In this document: piece after piece, positions 45,314-54,138 of the stretch
Layout of the letters: every line of letters begins with the position of its first letter
How positions within the stretch are numbered: the stretch's first letter is position 1
NCBI GenBank assembly: GCA_037130365.1
Contig: JBAXTE010000003.1
Coordinates: 15,458 to 79,457 of the forward strand
Length of the DNA: 64,000 bases
Source: Bacteroidota bacterium
Lineage (GTDB): Bacteria > Bacteroidota > Bacteroidia > Bacteroidales > WCHB1-69
Reading direction: 5' to 3'
Notes under the pieces: generated by a model
The model's input: the letters and a program-made list of their open reading frames with translations, nothing else
Database searches by the model: none
What the model was told of the DNA's origin: nothing
Position numbers and translations under genes: made by a program

Positions 45314-45904
45314 ATGATTATTATTGGAGCAGGAAATTTAGGCAAACACATTCTAGATCAGTTGTTACAAGACAAATACACTGATGAAATTTTGTTTTTT
45401 GATGAACAAATATCCGATGATTTTATCTATGGAACATTTCGAATTATTCATGATTGGAAGACCTTTGATGAATTGATTAAAATGGATCAAAAATTCATTA
45501 TTGCAATTGGTAATTCTCGAAAAAGAGAAAAAATGTTTCTTAAGATTAAAACAGGGAACTACAGGTCGGTAATATCTACACATGCAAATTTTATTTCTAC
45601 TTTTTGCACAATTCATACTGGTACGATTATTCAACCAGGTTGTTGCATTTCTCATAATGTAATCATAGGTAATTCAGTAATTCTACATGCAAACACGTTG
45701 GTTGGTCACGACGTTACTATAGGAAATTTTGCAACAATTGGATCAAATGTAAACATACTTAAAGGAGTTAATATTGGAGAATACTCTACAATAAGCCCAA
45801 ATGTATTGATTTATCCAAATATTAAAATTGGTCGTAACGTTTTTATAGCACCCGGGGCAATTGTGAAAACAGATATTGAGGATTATAAAACTCTTTGTGA
45901 CTAG
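45314..45904 (+). CDS. NeuD/PglD-family left-handed beta-helix sugar acyltransferase (paralog B)
   Basis: MIIIGAGNLGKH plus hexapeptide repeats. Collinear similarity with the 42229-42828 product. Confidence 0.8.
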   Translation: MIIIGAGNLGKHILDQLLQDKYTDEILFFDEQISDDFIYGTFRIIHDWKTFDELIKMDQKFIIAIGNSRKREKMFLKIKTGNYRSVISTHANFISTFCTIHTGTIIQPGCCISHNVIIGNSVILHANTLVGHDVTIGNFATIGSNVNILKGVNIGEYSTISPNVLIYPNIKIGRNVFIAPGAIVKTDIEDYKTLCD

Positions 45905-46005
45905 AAATAATGCCTAATTAGTGTCTGCGAAAGAAACAAAGAAGTATACATTTTAGCTTCGCTGAGCTCTCTGCCAGCTGGCGGATCAGTTCTTGAAAGT
46001 ACTAA

Positions 46006-47118
46006 CTATTCTTTTTTAAACACCCCACCAAAATTCGTCATCCTTTGATAATTTTTAAAATTTTTGTAGGTTTCATTTTCCAGTTTTAACAATTCCTCAT
46101 CCGAAAGTTCATCAATAAAACAAGTTGGATCTTCGCCCATAATATCTCCATTGTGGTAATAAGCCATAACTCTACAGCCACCACAAGTGAAATTAAATTT
46201 GCATGAACCACATTTTCCTTTAAGCTCCGAGCGATTTACCACCGTTTTAAAGAGATTAGATTCAAACAAAATTTCACGCAAATCTTGCGTGTAAACATTT
46301 CCGCCCGATACATGGTCTAATAAAAGTGGACAAGGAGCGACTTCACCTTCCGCATTTATTCCATAAAATGAGCCCACCCAACAGCCTATAGAAGGGTTTG
46401 TTGGAACAATATTCGTATTATGATCTTGCCCTGAGTGTTTTAAATAATCGGTTTCATTTAGAAATAGAGGAACATAACTTACATATCCTCTAAAATATTT
46501 TAAAAGCGATGGATGAATTTTGTCTCTCATCGTCTCTTTGTCAATCATCAAATTTTTACAATCTGAATTTCTTGGCGAAAAAGGGATTCTATTGTATGGT
46601 AATTTTAATGAGTTTATATTAGAAATGGTAGCCTCAAAGCTATCAGAATTGAATTTCCCAACGGTAACACAAAGATTAATTGTGATGTTGTTTTTCTCCA
46701 ATAATTCGATTAATTCAAGGGTTTTCGAAATGTCAAAATCTCGAGTTTCAATGTTTTTATCATCAAAAGAATTCACCCCCAAAGAAATTAAAATATTATC
46801 TCCTAATGTGACTCTTAACTTATCAATAATTTCTTGATTCATCATTTTACCATTCGTAACAATCGATATTCTAAAGCCTATATCATTTGCTTCTTTAAGC
46901 AAAGTAAATGCATCTTTTCTCAGAAGAAACTCACCTCCCGAAAAATCTATCATTCTAGTCCCCAATTCCCAAGCTGGTTTAAAAATACGGTTTACAATAC
47001 TGAAAGTCGGAATATCTGTATACTTCTGTTTTACATTAGACTTAGTAGAGCAATATTGGCAATTTAAATTACAGTTGCGAGTAGCTTCAAAATATAGAGT
47101 GTGAAAAAGTGGTTGCAT
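46006..47118 (-). CDS. Radical SAM enzyme with C-terminal SPASM domain
   Basis: The CX3CX2C cluster is in ATRNCNLNCQYCS. The SPASM cysteines are CWVGSFYGINAEGEVAPC, CGSCKFNFTCGGC and DPTC. Start set at the ATG at 47118 (M21 of the track ORF), which has a minus-strand TAnnTTTG box 10 nt upstream. Confidence 0.85.
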   Translation of the reverse strand: MQPLFHTLYFEATRNCNLNCQYCSTKSNVKQKYTDIPTFSIVNRIFKPAWELGTRMIDFSGGEFLLRKDAFTLLKEANDIGFRISIVTNGKMMNQEIIDKLRVTLGDNILISLGVNSFDDKNIETRDFDISKTLELIELLEKNNITINLCVTVGKFNSDSFEATISNINSLKLPYNRIPFSPRNSDCKNLMIDKETMRDKIHPSLLKYFRGYVSYVPLFLNETDYLKHSGQDHNTNIVPTNPSIGCWVGSFYGINAEGEVAPCPLLLDHVSGGNVYTQDLREILFESNLFKTVVNRSELKGKCGSCKFNFTCGGCRVMAYYHNGDIMGEDPTCFIDELSDEELLKLENETYKNFKNYQRMTNFGGVFKKE

Positions 47119-47128
47119 CTTTTTTAAA

Positions 47129-47136
47129 CAAAGGTA
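47129..47136 (-). promoter_or_regulatory. Candidate -7 box TAnnTTTG (tacctttg on the minus strand) for the SPASM radical SAM gene
   Basis: Plus-strand caaaggta at 47129-47136, 10 nt upstream of the minus-strand ATG at 47118. Confidence 0.4.
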
Positions 47137-47167
47137 GAAAAAAGAAAGAAATCTTGCATTAATAATG

Positions 47168-47175
47168 TATATTTG
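47168..47175 (+). promoter_or_regulatory. Candidate -7 box TAnnTTTG (tatatttg) for the FAS-like operon
   Basis: 31 nt upstream of the ATG at 47206, back to back with the minus-strand box at 47129-47136. Confidence 0.4.
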
Positions 47176-47205
47176 CAACAGTCATTTCAAGATAATTTCG
47201 CATAA

Positions 47206-48009
47206 ATGAATTACAAAAATAACTTTTGGGCTTTTATTCTTGGTGGAACAGGTAGCTTTGGTTTAGCCACTGCAAAACTTTTAGCATCTAAAGGATTTAA
47301 TTTAATACTTGTTTATCGCGAAACAAAGGGAAATATTCAAAACCTTAATTCTGAGTTTGAGATATTGAAACAACAGTGTGATGTAATTCAGTTCAATTTA
47401 AACGCAAACGAACCCGAAAATCAAAATATTATCGTTGAAACATTACTTAAATATCCTGAAATAAAAAACAAAATATCTTTTTTGCTTCACGCCATTGCTG
47501 ATGGGAATCTCAGACCGTTATTTGCAAATAATGAGGATTCAATTGAAGAGCTAAACATAGAAGACTTTCACCATACAATTAAATCTATGGGAACAAGCTT
47601 GTATCTATGGACACAACTTTTATTTAAAAATGATTTTTTTGCAGAAAATTCTTCTGTTCTAGGGCTAACTAGTGAAGGTTCTACTCGGTTTTACAATAAT
47701 TATGCAGCGGTGGCATCTGCAAAGTCAGTAATGGAATCTAATATGCGATATATTGCAGTTGAATTAGCAAAATATGGTATTAGAGCAAATCTTTTAAATG
47801 TGGGCATTACTGATACCCCAGCGCTTAAGTCTTTTCCCGATTATAAATTATTTATTGATAGGGCAAAAGAGAGAAATCCAGCAAAGCGTCTCACAACTCC
47901 AGAGGATGTTGCAAAGGTAATTGCATTTATGGCTTCAGGTGATTCTCAATGGATAAATGGGACGATTATTACTGTTGATGGTGGAGAACAATTAATAAGT
48001 CTTTATTAA
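47206..48009 (+). CDS. FabL-like enoyl-[acyl-carrier-protein] reductase (SDR with Y-x6-K)
   Basis: LGGTGSFGLA glycine motif and YNNYAAVASAK (a Y-x6-K catalytic dyad as in FabI/FabL, not YxxxK). The C-terminal half (RYIAVELAKYGIRANLLNVG..TDTPALKSFP...NGTIITVDGGEQL) closely follows the FabL pattern as I recall it. Confidence 0.7.
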   Translation: MNYKNNFWAFILGGTGSFGLATAKLLASKGFNLILVYRETKGNIQNLNSEFEILKQQCDVIQFNLNANEPENQNIIVETLLKYPEIKNKISFLLHAIADGNLRPLFANNEDSIEELNIEDFHHTIKSMGTSLYLWTQLLFKNDFFAENSSVLGLTSEGSTRFYNNYAAVASAKSVMESNMRYIAVELAKYGIRANLLNVGITDTPALKSFPDYKLFIDRAKERNPAKRLTTPEDVAKVIAFMASGDSQWINGTIITVDGGEQLISLY

Positions 48010-48449
48010 TGGAAATATCCGATAAAATTATTCAAGCTTTGCCGTATGGTAATACTTTTCGTTTTGTAGATTCAATTGAACGAGTTGATGAGGATACCAT
48101 TATCGGCAACTATACTTATAAAGAAGATTTGCCATTTTACCATTCGCATTTTCAAGGAAATCCAATAGTCCCAGGTGTTATCATTATTGAGACTATGGGC
48201 CAAATCGGAATGGTTTGTCACCTAATTTATCTATCAAATGATTATTCATTATCCACTCTGCCATTACTTTCAAATTTGGAGGCAGAGTTTTATTGTAACG
48301 CAAATTACAATGAACCTATTAAAGTAATTGGACGAAAAATTTATTTTAGGCGAAACATTCTAAAATCATCGATTGAAATGAGAAAGCTAGACGATACTCT
48401 CATCGCCACACTAACTGCATATATATCCAAAATGCCAAAATGCCAATGA
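48009..48449 (+). CDS. FabZ/FabA-like 3-hydroxyacyl-ACP dehydratase (hot-dog fold)
   Basis: The motif YHSHFQGNPIVPGVIIIETMGQ matches the FabZ active-site region (HF...P..PGV...E...Q). Confidence 0.85.
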   Translation: MEISDKIIQALPYGNTFRFVDSIERVDEDTIIGNYTYKEDLPFYHSHFQGNPIVPGVIIIETMGQIGMVCHLIYLSNDYSLSTLPLLSNLEAEFYCNANYNEPIKVIGRKIYFRRNILKSSIEMRKLDDTLIATLTAYISKMPKCQ

Positions 48450-49723
48450 ATAAACGAGTAGTAATCACAGGGATAGGAGTTGTAGCTCCGGGAAGTGTTG
48501 GTGTTGTTGAATTTAATAACCAATTAATAAATGCAATATCGGGTATAAAAAATATTCCTGATATGAAAAACTTTAATTTTAATTGTCAGGTTGGTGGTAT
48601 TTGTGAAATTGATAGTGAAGCAATAAAAAAACAATTTCCTCAATTTCAAATACCAATCATTAGTCGAAGTACATTATTGCTAGCTCTTTCATGCAAAGAG
48701 GCACTTTTAGACTCAGGTTTAATCACTTTAAATCATGATTATTCCCAGTATTTGAATTATGACCTAATAATTGGATCAACTATAAGTTCAGCTGATATTT
48801 GGGGGGAATATATTATACCTATGGTTGATAAACAAAAGCATCTCCGATTGGGTAGTAGTGCATTCGAACAAATAATTAATTCAAGTCCTACAGCAATGAT
48901 TGCAGAGATTTATGGATTAACTGGCAGAACAATATCTACTTCATTGGCATGTGCAAGTAGTACTGAAGCGATAATTGAAGCTGCAAATAAAATTAAATAT
49001 GAAAATAAGGAAATCGTAATTGCTGGTGGAGTTGAACCGTATTCTAAATATTATTGGGGTACTATGGACGCAATGAAAATAATTAATCCAAACCATAATA
49101 ATCAACCAGATAAAGCTATTAGACCTATGAGTGAAAGTGCAAATGGATTTGTGCCTTCTGAAGGTAGCGGAATAATTATTCTTGAAGAATATAATCATGC
49201 AAAAAAGCGAAATGCAAAAATTTATGGTGAAATAATAGGAAGCCATATTAATTGCGGAGGAGGAAGAAATGGGGGAAGCATGACGGCTTCTAATAAAGAT
49301 ATGCTTAGAAAATGTATTTTTGAAACTATCCAAAACTCAAATATTAGCGCAAGTGAGATTGATTTAATATCTGGCCATTTAACTGCTACAAAAGCTGATT
49401 CTGCCGAAGTTAATGCATGGAATATTGGGCTTAATTTTCCGAAAAAATTTCCGTATATCAATTCAACGAAATCATTAATTGGTCACACATTAGGTGCTTG
49501 TGGAGTAATTGAAGTGATAGCTATAATTTTGCAAATGAAAGGGAAGTACATTCATGCATCCATAAATTGTGAGGATATTCATCCTTTAATTTCGGAAAAA
49601 ATATCTCAAAAATGTGTGCCTCAAAAAACAATTCACAATATTGATATACAGTATGCTATAAAGGCAAATTTTGGATTTGGAGATGTAAATGCCAGCTTAA
49701 TAATAAAAAACTTAAATGAATAA
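48440..49723 (+). CDS. Beta-ketoacyl-ACP synthase (FabF/FabB-like KS) 1
   Basis: RVVITGIGVV. Active-site Cys in LACASS, His in SGHLTATKAD and STKSLIGHTLGACG. C-terminal FGFGDVNASLI. Confidence 0.9.
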   Translation: MPMNKRVVITGIGVVAPGSVGVVEFNNQLINAISGIKNIPDMKNFNFNCQVGGICEIDSEAIKKQFPQFQIPIISRSTLLLALSCKEALLDSGLITLNHDYSQYLNYDLIIGSTISSADIWGEYIIPMVDKQKHLRLGSSAFEQIINSSPTAMIAEIYGLTGRTISTSLACASSTEAIIEAANKIKYENKEIVIAGGVEPYSKYYWGTMDAMKIINPNHNNQPDKAIRPMSESANGFVPSEGSGIIILEEYNHAKKRNAKIYGEIIGSHINCGGGRNGGSMTASNKDMLRKCIFETIQNSNISASEIDLISGHLTATKADSAEVNAWNIGLNFPKKFPYINSTKSLIGHTLGACGVIEVIAIILQMKGKYIHASINCEDIHPLISEKISQKCVPQKTIHNIDIQYAIKANFGFGDVNASLIIKNLNE

Positions 49724-50993
49724 TAGGGTTGTTATTACGGGAATCGGAGTCATCTCTCCTAATGGAATTGGTAAAAATTCCTTTGTAAACTCTATAAGGG
49801 GGGGGGTATCAGGAATAAGAAATATTCCTGATATGGAAAAACATAATTTACTATGTCATATCGGAGGTGTTCCCGAAATAAACTGGAATGATTATAATTC
49901 ATTTTTTGCAGAAAATGAATTGCTAGATGCCGATATTTCAATAAAGTATGGAGTCCTTTCAGGCATAGAAGCATGGAGGGATGCTGGATTAGAAATTAAT
50001 GACACCAAAAACATTGACACTCTTACTGACTGCGGGGCTATCATTGGAACTACTTTTGGTGGAATAGAGGTTTTTATTAGAAAAATATTACCCCTTGTTG
50101 ACACTGGAAACTTTAGAAAATTAGGAAGTCAAATTATGGAGCATTTTATGCCAAGTGGAACATCAGCGGCACTTTCTAAAATATTAGCATTATCAAATAT
50201 TAATTCATCAAATTCTTCAGCTTGCTCTACAGGACTAGAAGCAATATATTTTTCATATCAACACATCAAAAACAATAAAGCGAAACTTATGATGACTGGT
50301 GGTACTGATCTATATTCGTCATATTGCTGGGCAGGTTTCGACTCTATGAGAGTTTTAAATCGATCATCTAACAATAACCCATCTATTGGGAGCAGACCAA
50401 TGAGTGCCACTGCAAGTGGATTTGTGCCAGCAGCTGGCTCAAGTGTGTTAATACTTGAAGAATTAGAACATGCCATTGAACGAAACGCACCGATATATGC
50501 AGAAATTGTTGGAGCAAGTGTTAATTCTGGTGGCCAACGAAACGGTGGATCTATGACCTTCCCAAACCCTAAGCGTGTAATTGATTGCATTCAGGATTCA
50601 ATTCACCAAGCCAATATTAAAGGAGATGATATTAACCTAATTTGTGGACATTTAACTGGGACCAAGGCCGATTCAATTGAAATTAATAATTGGGTTGCAG
50701 CTTTGAATCTTAGTAATAACATTCCATATATTAATTCTTTAAAGTCGATGACAGGTCATTTAATCGGGGCTGCTGGTGCATTAGAAACTGCAGCTGCTGT
50801 TTTACAACTCCATCACGATTTTGTCCATCCATCTATTAATAGTGAAGATCTTCACCCTGAAATTGCCAAGCTTATTCCTCGCGAAAAAATCCCGCTTAAA
50901 ATTATTGAAAATGCTGGACTAAAATATATCGCAAAAGCAAGCTTTGGATTTGGTGATGTGAATTCCTGTATAATTTTGAAAAAATATGAGTAA
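49716..50993 (+). CDS. Beta-ketoacyl-ACP synthase (FabF/FabB-like KS) 2
   Basis: RVVITGIGVI. Cys retained in SACSTG, His in CGHLTGTKAD and LKSMTGHLIGAAG. It is therefore not a Cys-less chain-length-factor type. Confidence 0.9.
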   Translation: MNNRVVITGIGVISPNGIGKNSFVNSIRGGVSGIRNIPDMEKHNLLCHIGGVPEINWNDYNSFFAENELLDADISIKYGVLSGIEAWRDAGLEINDTKNIDTLTDCGAIIGTTFGGIEVFIRKILPLVDTGNFRKLGSQIMEHFMPSGTSAALSKILALSNINSSNSSACSTGLEAIYFSYQHIKNNKAKLMMTGGTDLYSSYCWAGFDSMRVLNRSSNNNPSIGSRPMSATASGFVPAAGSSVLILEELEHAIERNAPIYAEIVGASVNSGGQRNGGSMTFPNPKRVIDCIQDSIHQANIKGDDINLICGHLTGTKADSIEINNWVAALNLSNNIPYINSLKSMTGHLIGAAGALETAAAVLQLHHDFVHPSINSEDLHPEIAKLIPREKIPLKIIENAGLKYIAKASFGFGDVNSCIILKKYE

Positions 50994-51021
50994 TTTTGCT
51001 CTATCATAAATACCAAAAATT

Positions 51022-51264
51022 ATGGACGAAAATAAGAATAAAGTTATCGAGATTCTTAAAAAGTATACTTTTAATGAATCTGTTTGGGATAACTATACTG
51101 AAAACTCAAAAATCATTGTTGATTTAAAAATCAATTCTGCCCGAATTGTTGATATAATTCTAGATGTTGAGGATGAATATGGGATCGTTATTGACGATTA
51201 TTTGCTCGAAAAACTAATTACGATTAAAGATATATTGGATATTATTGAACAAAAAAGAAAATAA
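51022..51264 (+). CDS. Acyl carrier protein (phosphopantetheine-binding)
   Basis: 80 aa and acidic. DLKINSARIVDIILDVEDEYG corresponds to the DLG.DS....E helix-II region, with the Ser as the attachment site. Confidence 0.7.
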   Translation: MDENKNKVIEILKKYTFNESVWDNYTENSKIIVDLKINSARIVDIILDVEDEYGIVIDDYLLEKLITIKDILDIIEQKRK

Positions 51265-51341
51265 CGAATATTTTAAAATCGTTGTTTTACTGCATTTAAA
51301 CTACATTTTTTGTTGTCTTTTGTCTGCTAATATTAATTCGA

Positions 51342-52304
51342 ATGGGAACACCTATTTTAAGTATCGGAATCATCTCTTATAATCAAGCTGAATTTATCGA
51401 AAAAGCGATTAATTCGGTTATGGCACAGCAAACCCAATATCCTTTTGAGTTGATTATTTGTGACGATGCATCAGAAGACAATACCGACGACATTGTCAAT
51501 GGATTATTGCGAGGGGTTAGCTTTTCCACACAATATGTCAGAAACAAAACTAGAAAAGGGCCACTTTTAAACGGTAAAAACTTCATAAAACATGCTTCTG
51601 GAAAGTATCTTTGCTGGATGGATGCCGATGATTATTGGTGCTATGAAAATAAAATTCAAAAACAAATTGACTTTTTAGAATCCAATTTAGATTATAATGG
51701 TTGCTTTCATGATGCCAAAATAATCTCGGATATTGAGATAAACGAAGATCTTTCTGAGCAATTGAAGGAACAAACACATGGTAGATGGAAAAGTTATTCG
51801 CAGTTTAATACGTATCAATCCGACTTTTATCCTTGGGATGTATTACAGCGCAAAATTATTCCAACGGCTTCATTAATGATTCGGAATAGGGATTTAAACC
51901 ATTTCCTCGAAAAGCATTTAGATGTAAATTTATCTGTTAGTTGGGCATTACATTTAGAGCTAATAAAAAATAGTAAGTTTAAGTATTTCAACGAATTATG
52001 GTCGGTTTATTTTGATCATGCCAAAGGCTTTTCAAAGAGTATCGACCTAGTTACTTTTAAACTAAATAATATTCAAATTTTATTCAAATTATTAGATGAT
52101 GCGTATTATAGTGCCTTAAAAAAAGATGTTTATCGAGCCATTGCTAACGAGTACTACTTTTTACTTCATAGCGCTGAAGCACAAAAACGAAGTACTAAAG
52201 AGTATCGAGATTATTGCAAGGCCTATACAAAATGGGCTGATAAGGCTACCAAAGAAGATGTTGAAAGATTTAAAACCACTCATAAACTTAAAAACCAACA
52301 GTAA
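51342..52304 (+). CDS. Glycosyltransferase family 2
   Basis: LSIGIISYNQAEFIEKAINSV...ELIICDDASEDNT and a later DADD motif. Confidence 0.85.
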   Translation: MGTPILSIGIISYNQAEFIEKAINSVMAQQTQYPFELIICDDASEDNTDDIVNGLLRGVSFSTQYVRNKTRKGPLLNGKNFIKHASGKYLCWMDADDYWCYENKIQKQIDFLESNLDYNGCFHDAKIISDIEINEDLSEQLKEQTHGRWKSYSQFNTYQSDFYPWDVLQRKIIPTASLMIRNRDLNHFLEKHLDVNLSVSWALHLELIKNSKFKYFNELWSVYFDHAKGFSKSIDLVTFKLNNIQILFKLLDDAYYSALKKDVYRAIANEYYFLLHSAEAQKRSTKEYRDYCKAYTKWADKATKEDVERFKTTHKLKNQQ

Positions 52305-54092
52305 ATGTGTGGAATCCTCGGGAAAGTAAGTTTTAATGCACCGATTGATCAAGATGAGTTTGTTGCTCAGCGAGATACAATGACTTCTAGAGGCCCGAAT
52401 CAAGAAGGGTTGTATTTTAATTCCGCCAAAAAAATTGCTCTTGGATATCGCCGATTAAGTATCAATGATTTAAGCGAATTAGGCAATCAGCCTATTTCTA
52501 ACGAGGACTCAACAATCTTTTTAATATGTAATGGCGAAATATATAATTCACCCAAGTTAAAGGAAGAACTTATTAAATTAGGTCACCATTTTAAAAGTCG
52601 CTCAGATGCAGAAGTTATCATTCATGGATACGAAGAGTGGGGAACAGAAATTCTAAAAAGAGTTGAAGGCATGTTTGCTTTTGGAATATGGGATTCAAAA
52701 AAAGATGAACTAATCGTTGCCAGAGACAGATTTGGCATAAAACCACTTTATTTCGAAAGTAATGATGAAAGTTTCACCTTTGCATCTTCACTTAACGCTA
52801 TTATTACGGCAAAAAATCATCACAAAAAGTTAGATTTTTCATCCATTTGCGATTATCTAACGTATCGTTATGTACCTTCGCCAAAAAGTATTTATCAAGG
52901 AATCTGCAAACTCGAGCCCGCTCAATTTTTGGTATTAACTGCTCAAAAAAAGGTTCAAATTCAATATTATTGGGCAATAGAGTACAAACCTATAAAAATG
53001 TCACCCGCTGAGGTTCAGAAACAATTTGAGCATTTATTACGACAATCGGTACGCAAACATTTAATGAGCGACGTGCCCGTAGGTTCCTTTTTGAGCAGTG
53101 GCTACGATTCATCTACGTTGGCTTTATTGATGACCGAAGAAAATTATCAGCCTCAAACATTTAGTTTAGGGTTTTCTAATTGGGAAGAAAGTGAACATTT
53201 GATTGCGCAAAAAACGGCCGATATATTAAAACTCAATAATCATTCGTTGATCATTGATTTTAAGGATTTTATACCCGAAAACTTTATCGATGCATACGAT
53301 GAACCTATTGCTGATATTTCTACAATACCCACTTTTTGCATCAGTAATTTTGCGTCAAAGAAAGTTAAAACAGTTTTTTCGGGCGAAGGAGCAGACGAAC
53401 TTTTAGGCGGGTATGATTGGCATCGTAAAATAATGCAAAAGTACAATCAACGATCAATTTCTGATAGGTTATTTAGAGATTTTAATCCTACAGCAATCGA
53501 AATTTATAAGGAGTATATGGCGATGGGCAAATTTGACCGTGATGAATTACTAAAACTCTTTTCCCCAGAGCACCATTATCAAATTCCCGAAAATCCGTAT
53601 TGGTTTTTTGAGCAAAGTTTTAGAAAAGATTTGCCTTTATTAAAGGCGATTCAATATATGGATATCAGGGGCTTTATGGGGGAGTTAGTACTTAGTAAAA
53701 TTGACCGCTCAAGTATGGCACATTCCCTAGAAGTTAGAGTCCCATACTTAGACTATGACTTATTTGATTTTTTGTTTAATCTTGAGCCAGATGCTTATTT
53801 CTCGTTAGTGGAACAAAAAAAACTTCTTGTAAACCTTCTCAAACCCAAACTGCCACATGTTGTAAATCGCAAAAAACAAGGATTTGTAGGACCTAACGAA
53901 TATTACAATCGAGTAGAATTATATAAGGATATTCTTAAAAACTCTAAATTAGAAGATCTCGGTATTCTAAATAAGAAGTATTTATTACAATTATTTTCCA
54001 ACAATGATATGTGGAGAATTTGGAAATTAGTACTTTTGGAGTTATGGCTACAACATAATTTTGGCTCAAACAGTTCGTTAAAATCAAACTAA
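52305..54092 (+). CDS. asnB: Asparagine synthase (glutamine-hydrolysing) family amidotransferase
   Basis: N-terminal nucleophile MCGI, GNQP, the RGPD-like RGPNQEG, and a PP-loop-like FLSSGYDSS in the synthetase domain. Confidence 0.85.
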   Translation: MCGILGKVSFNAPIDQDEFVAQRDTMTSRGPNQEGLYFNSAKKIALGYRRLSINDLSELGNQPISNEDSTIFLICNGEIYNSPKLKEELIKLGHHFKSRSDAEVIIHGYEEWGTEILKRVEGMFAFGIWDSKKDELIVARDRFGIKPLYFESNDESFTFASSLNAIITAKNHHKKLDFSSICDYLTYRYVPSPKSIYQGICKLEPAQFLVLTAQKKVQIQYYWAIEYKPIKMSPAEVQKQFEHLLRQSVRKHLMSDVPVGSFLSSGYDSSTLALLMTEENYQPQTFSLGFSNWEESEHLIAQKTADILKLNNHSLIIDFKDFIPENFIDAYDEPIADISTIPTFCISNFASKKVKTVFSGEGADELLGGYDWHRKIMQKYNQRSISDRLFRDFNPTAIEIYKEYMAMGKFDRDELLKLFSPEHHYQIPENPYWFFEQSFRKDLPLLKAIQYMDIRGFMGELVLSKIDRSSMAHSLEVRVPYLDYDLFDFLFNLEPDAYFSLVEQKKLLVNLLKPKLPHVVNRKKQGFVGPNEYYNRVELYKDILKNSKLEDLGILNKKYLLQLFSNNDMWRIWKLVLLELWLQHNFGSNSSLKSN

Positions 54093-54138
54093 CTATGCTC
54101 AAGAAGAAACTTTGTACATCTTTATTAAGACTTGGAAT

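Noticed and set aside
45905-46005. A search for small RiPP precursor ORFs next to the SPASM and twitch radical SAM genes (also 51265-51341, 54093-54138, 56903-56940).
   Set aside because: Only trivial ORFs were found (for example a 16-aa MYTSLFLSQTLIRHYF), with no Cys/Gly-rich core or leader-like features.
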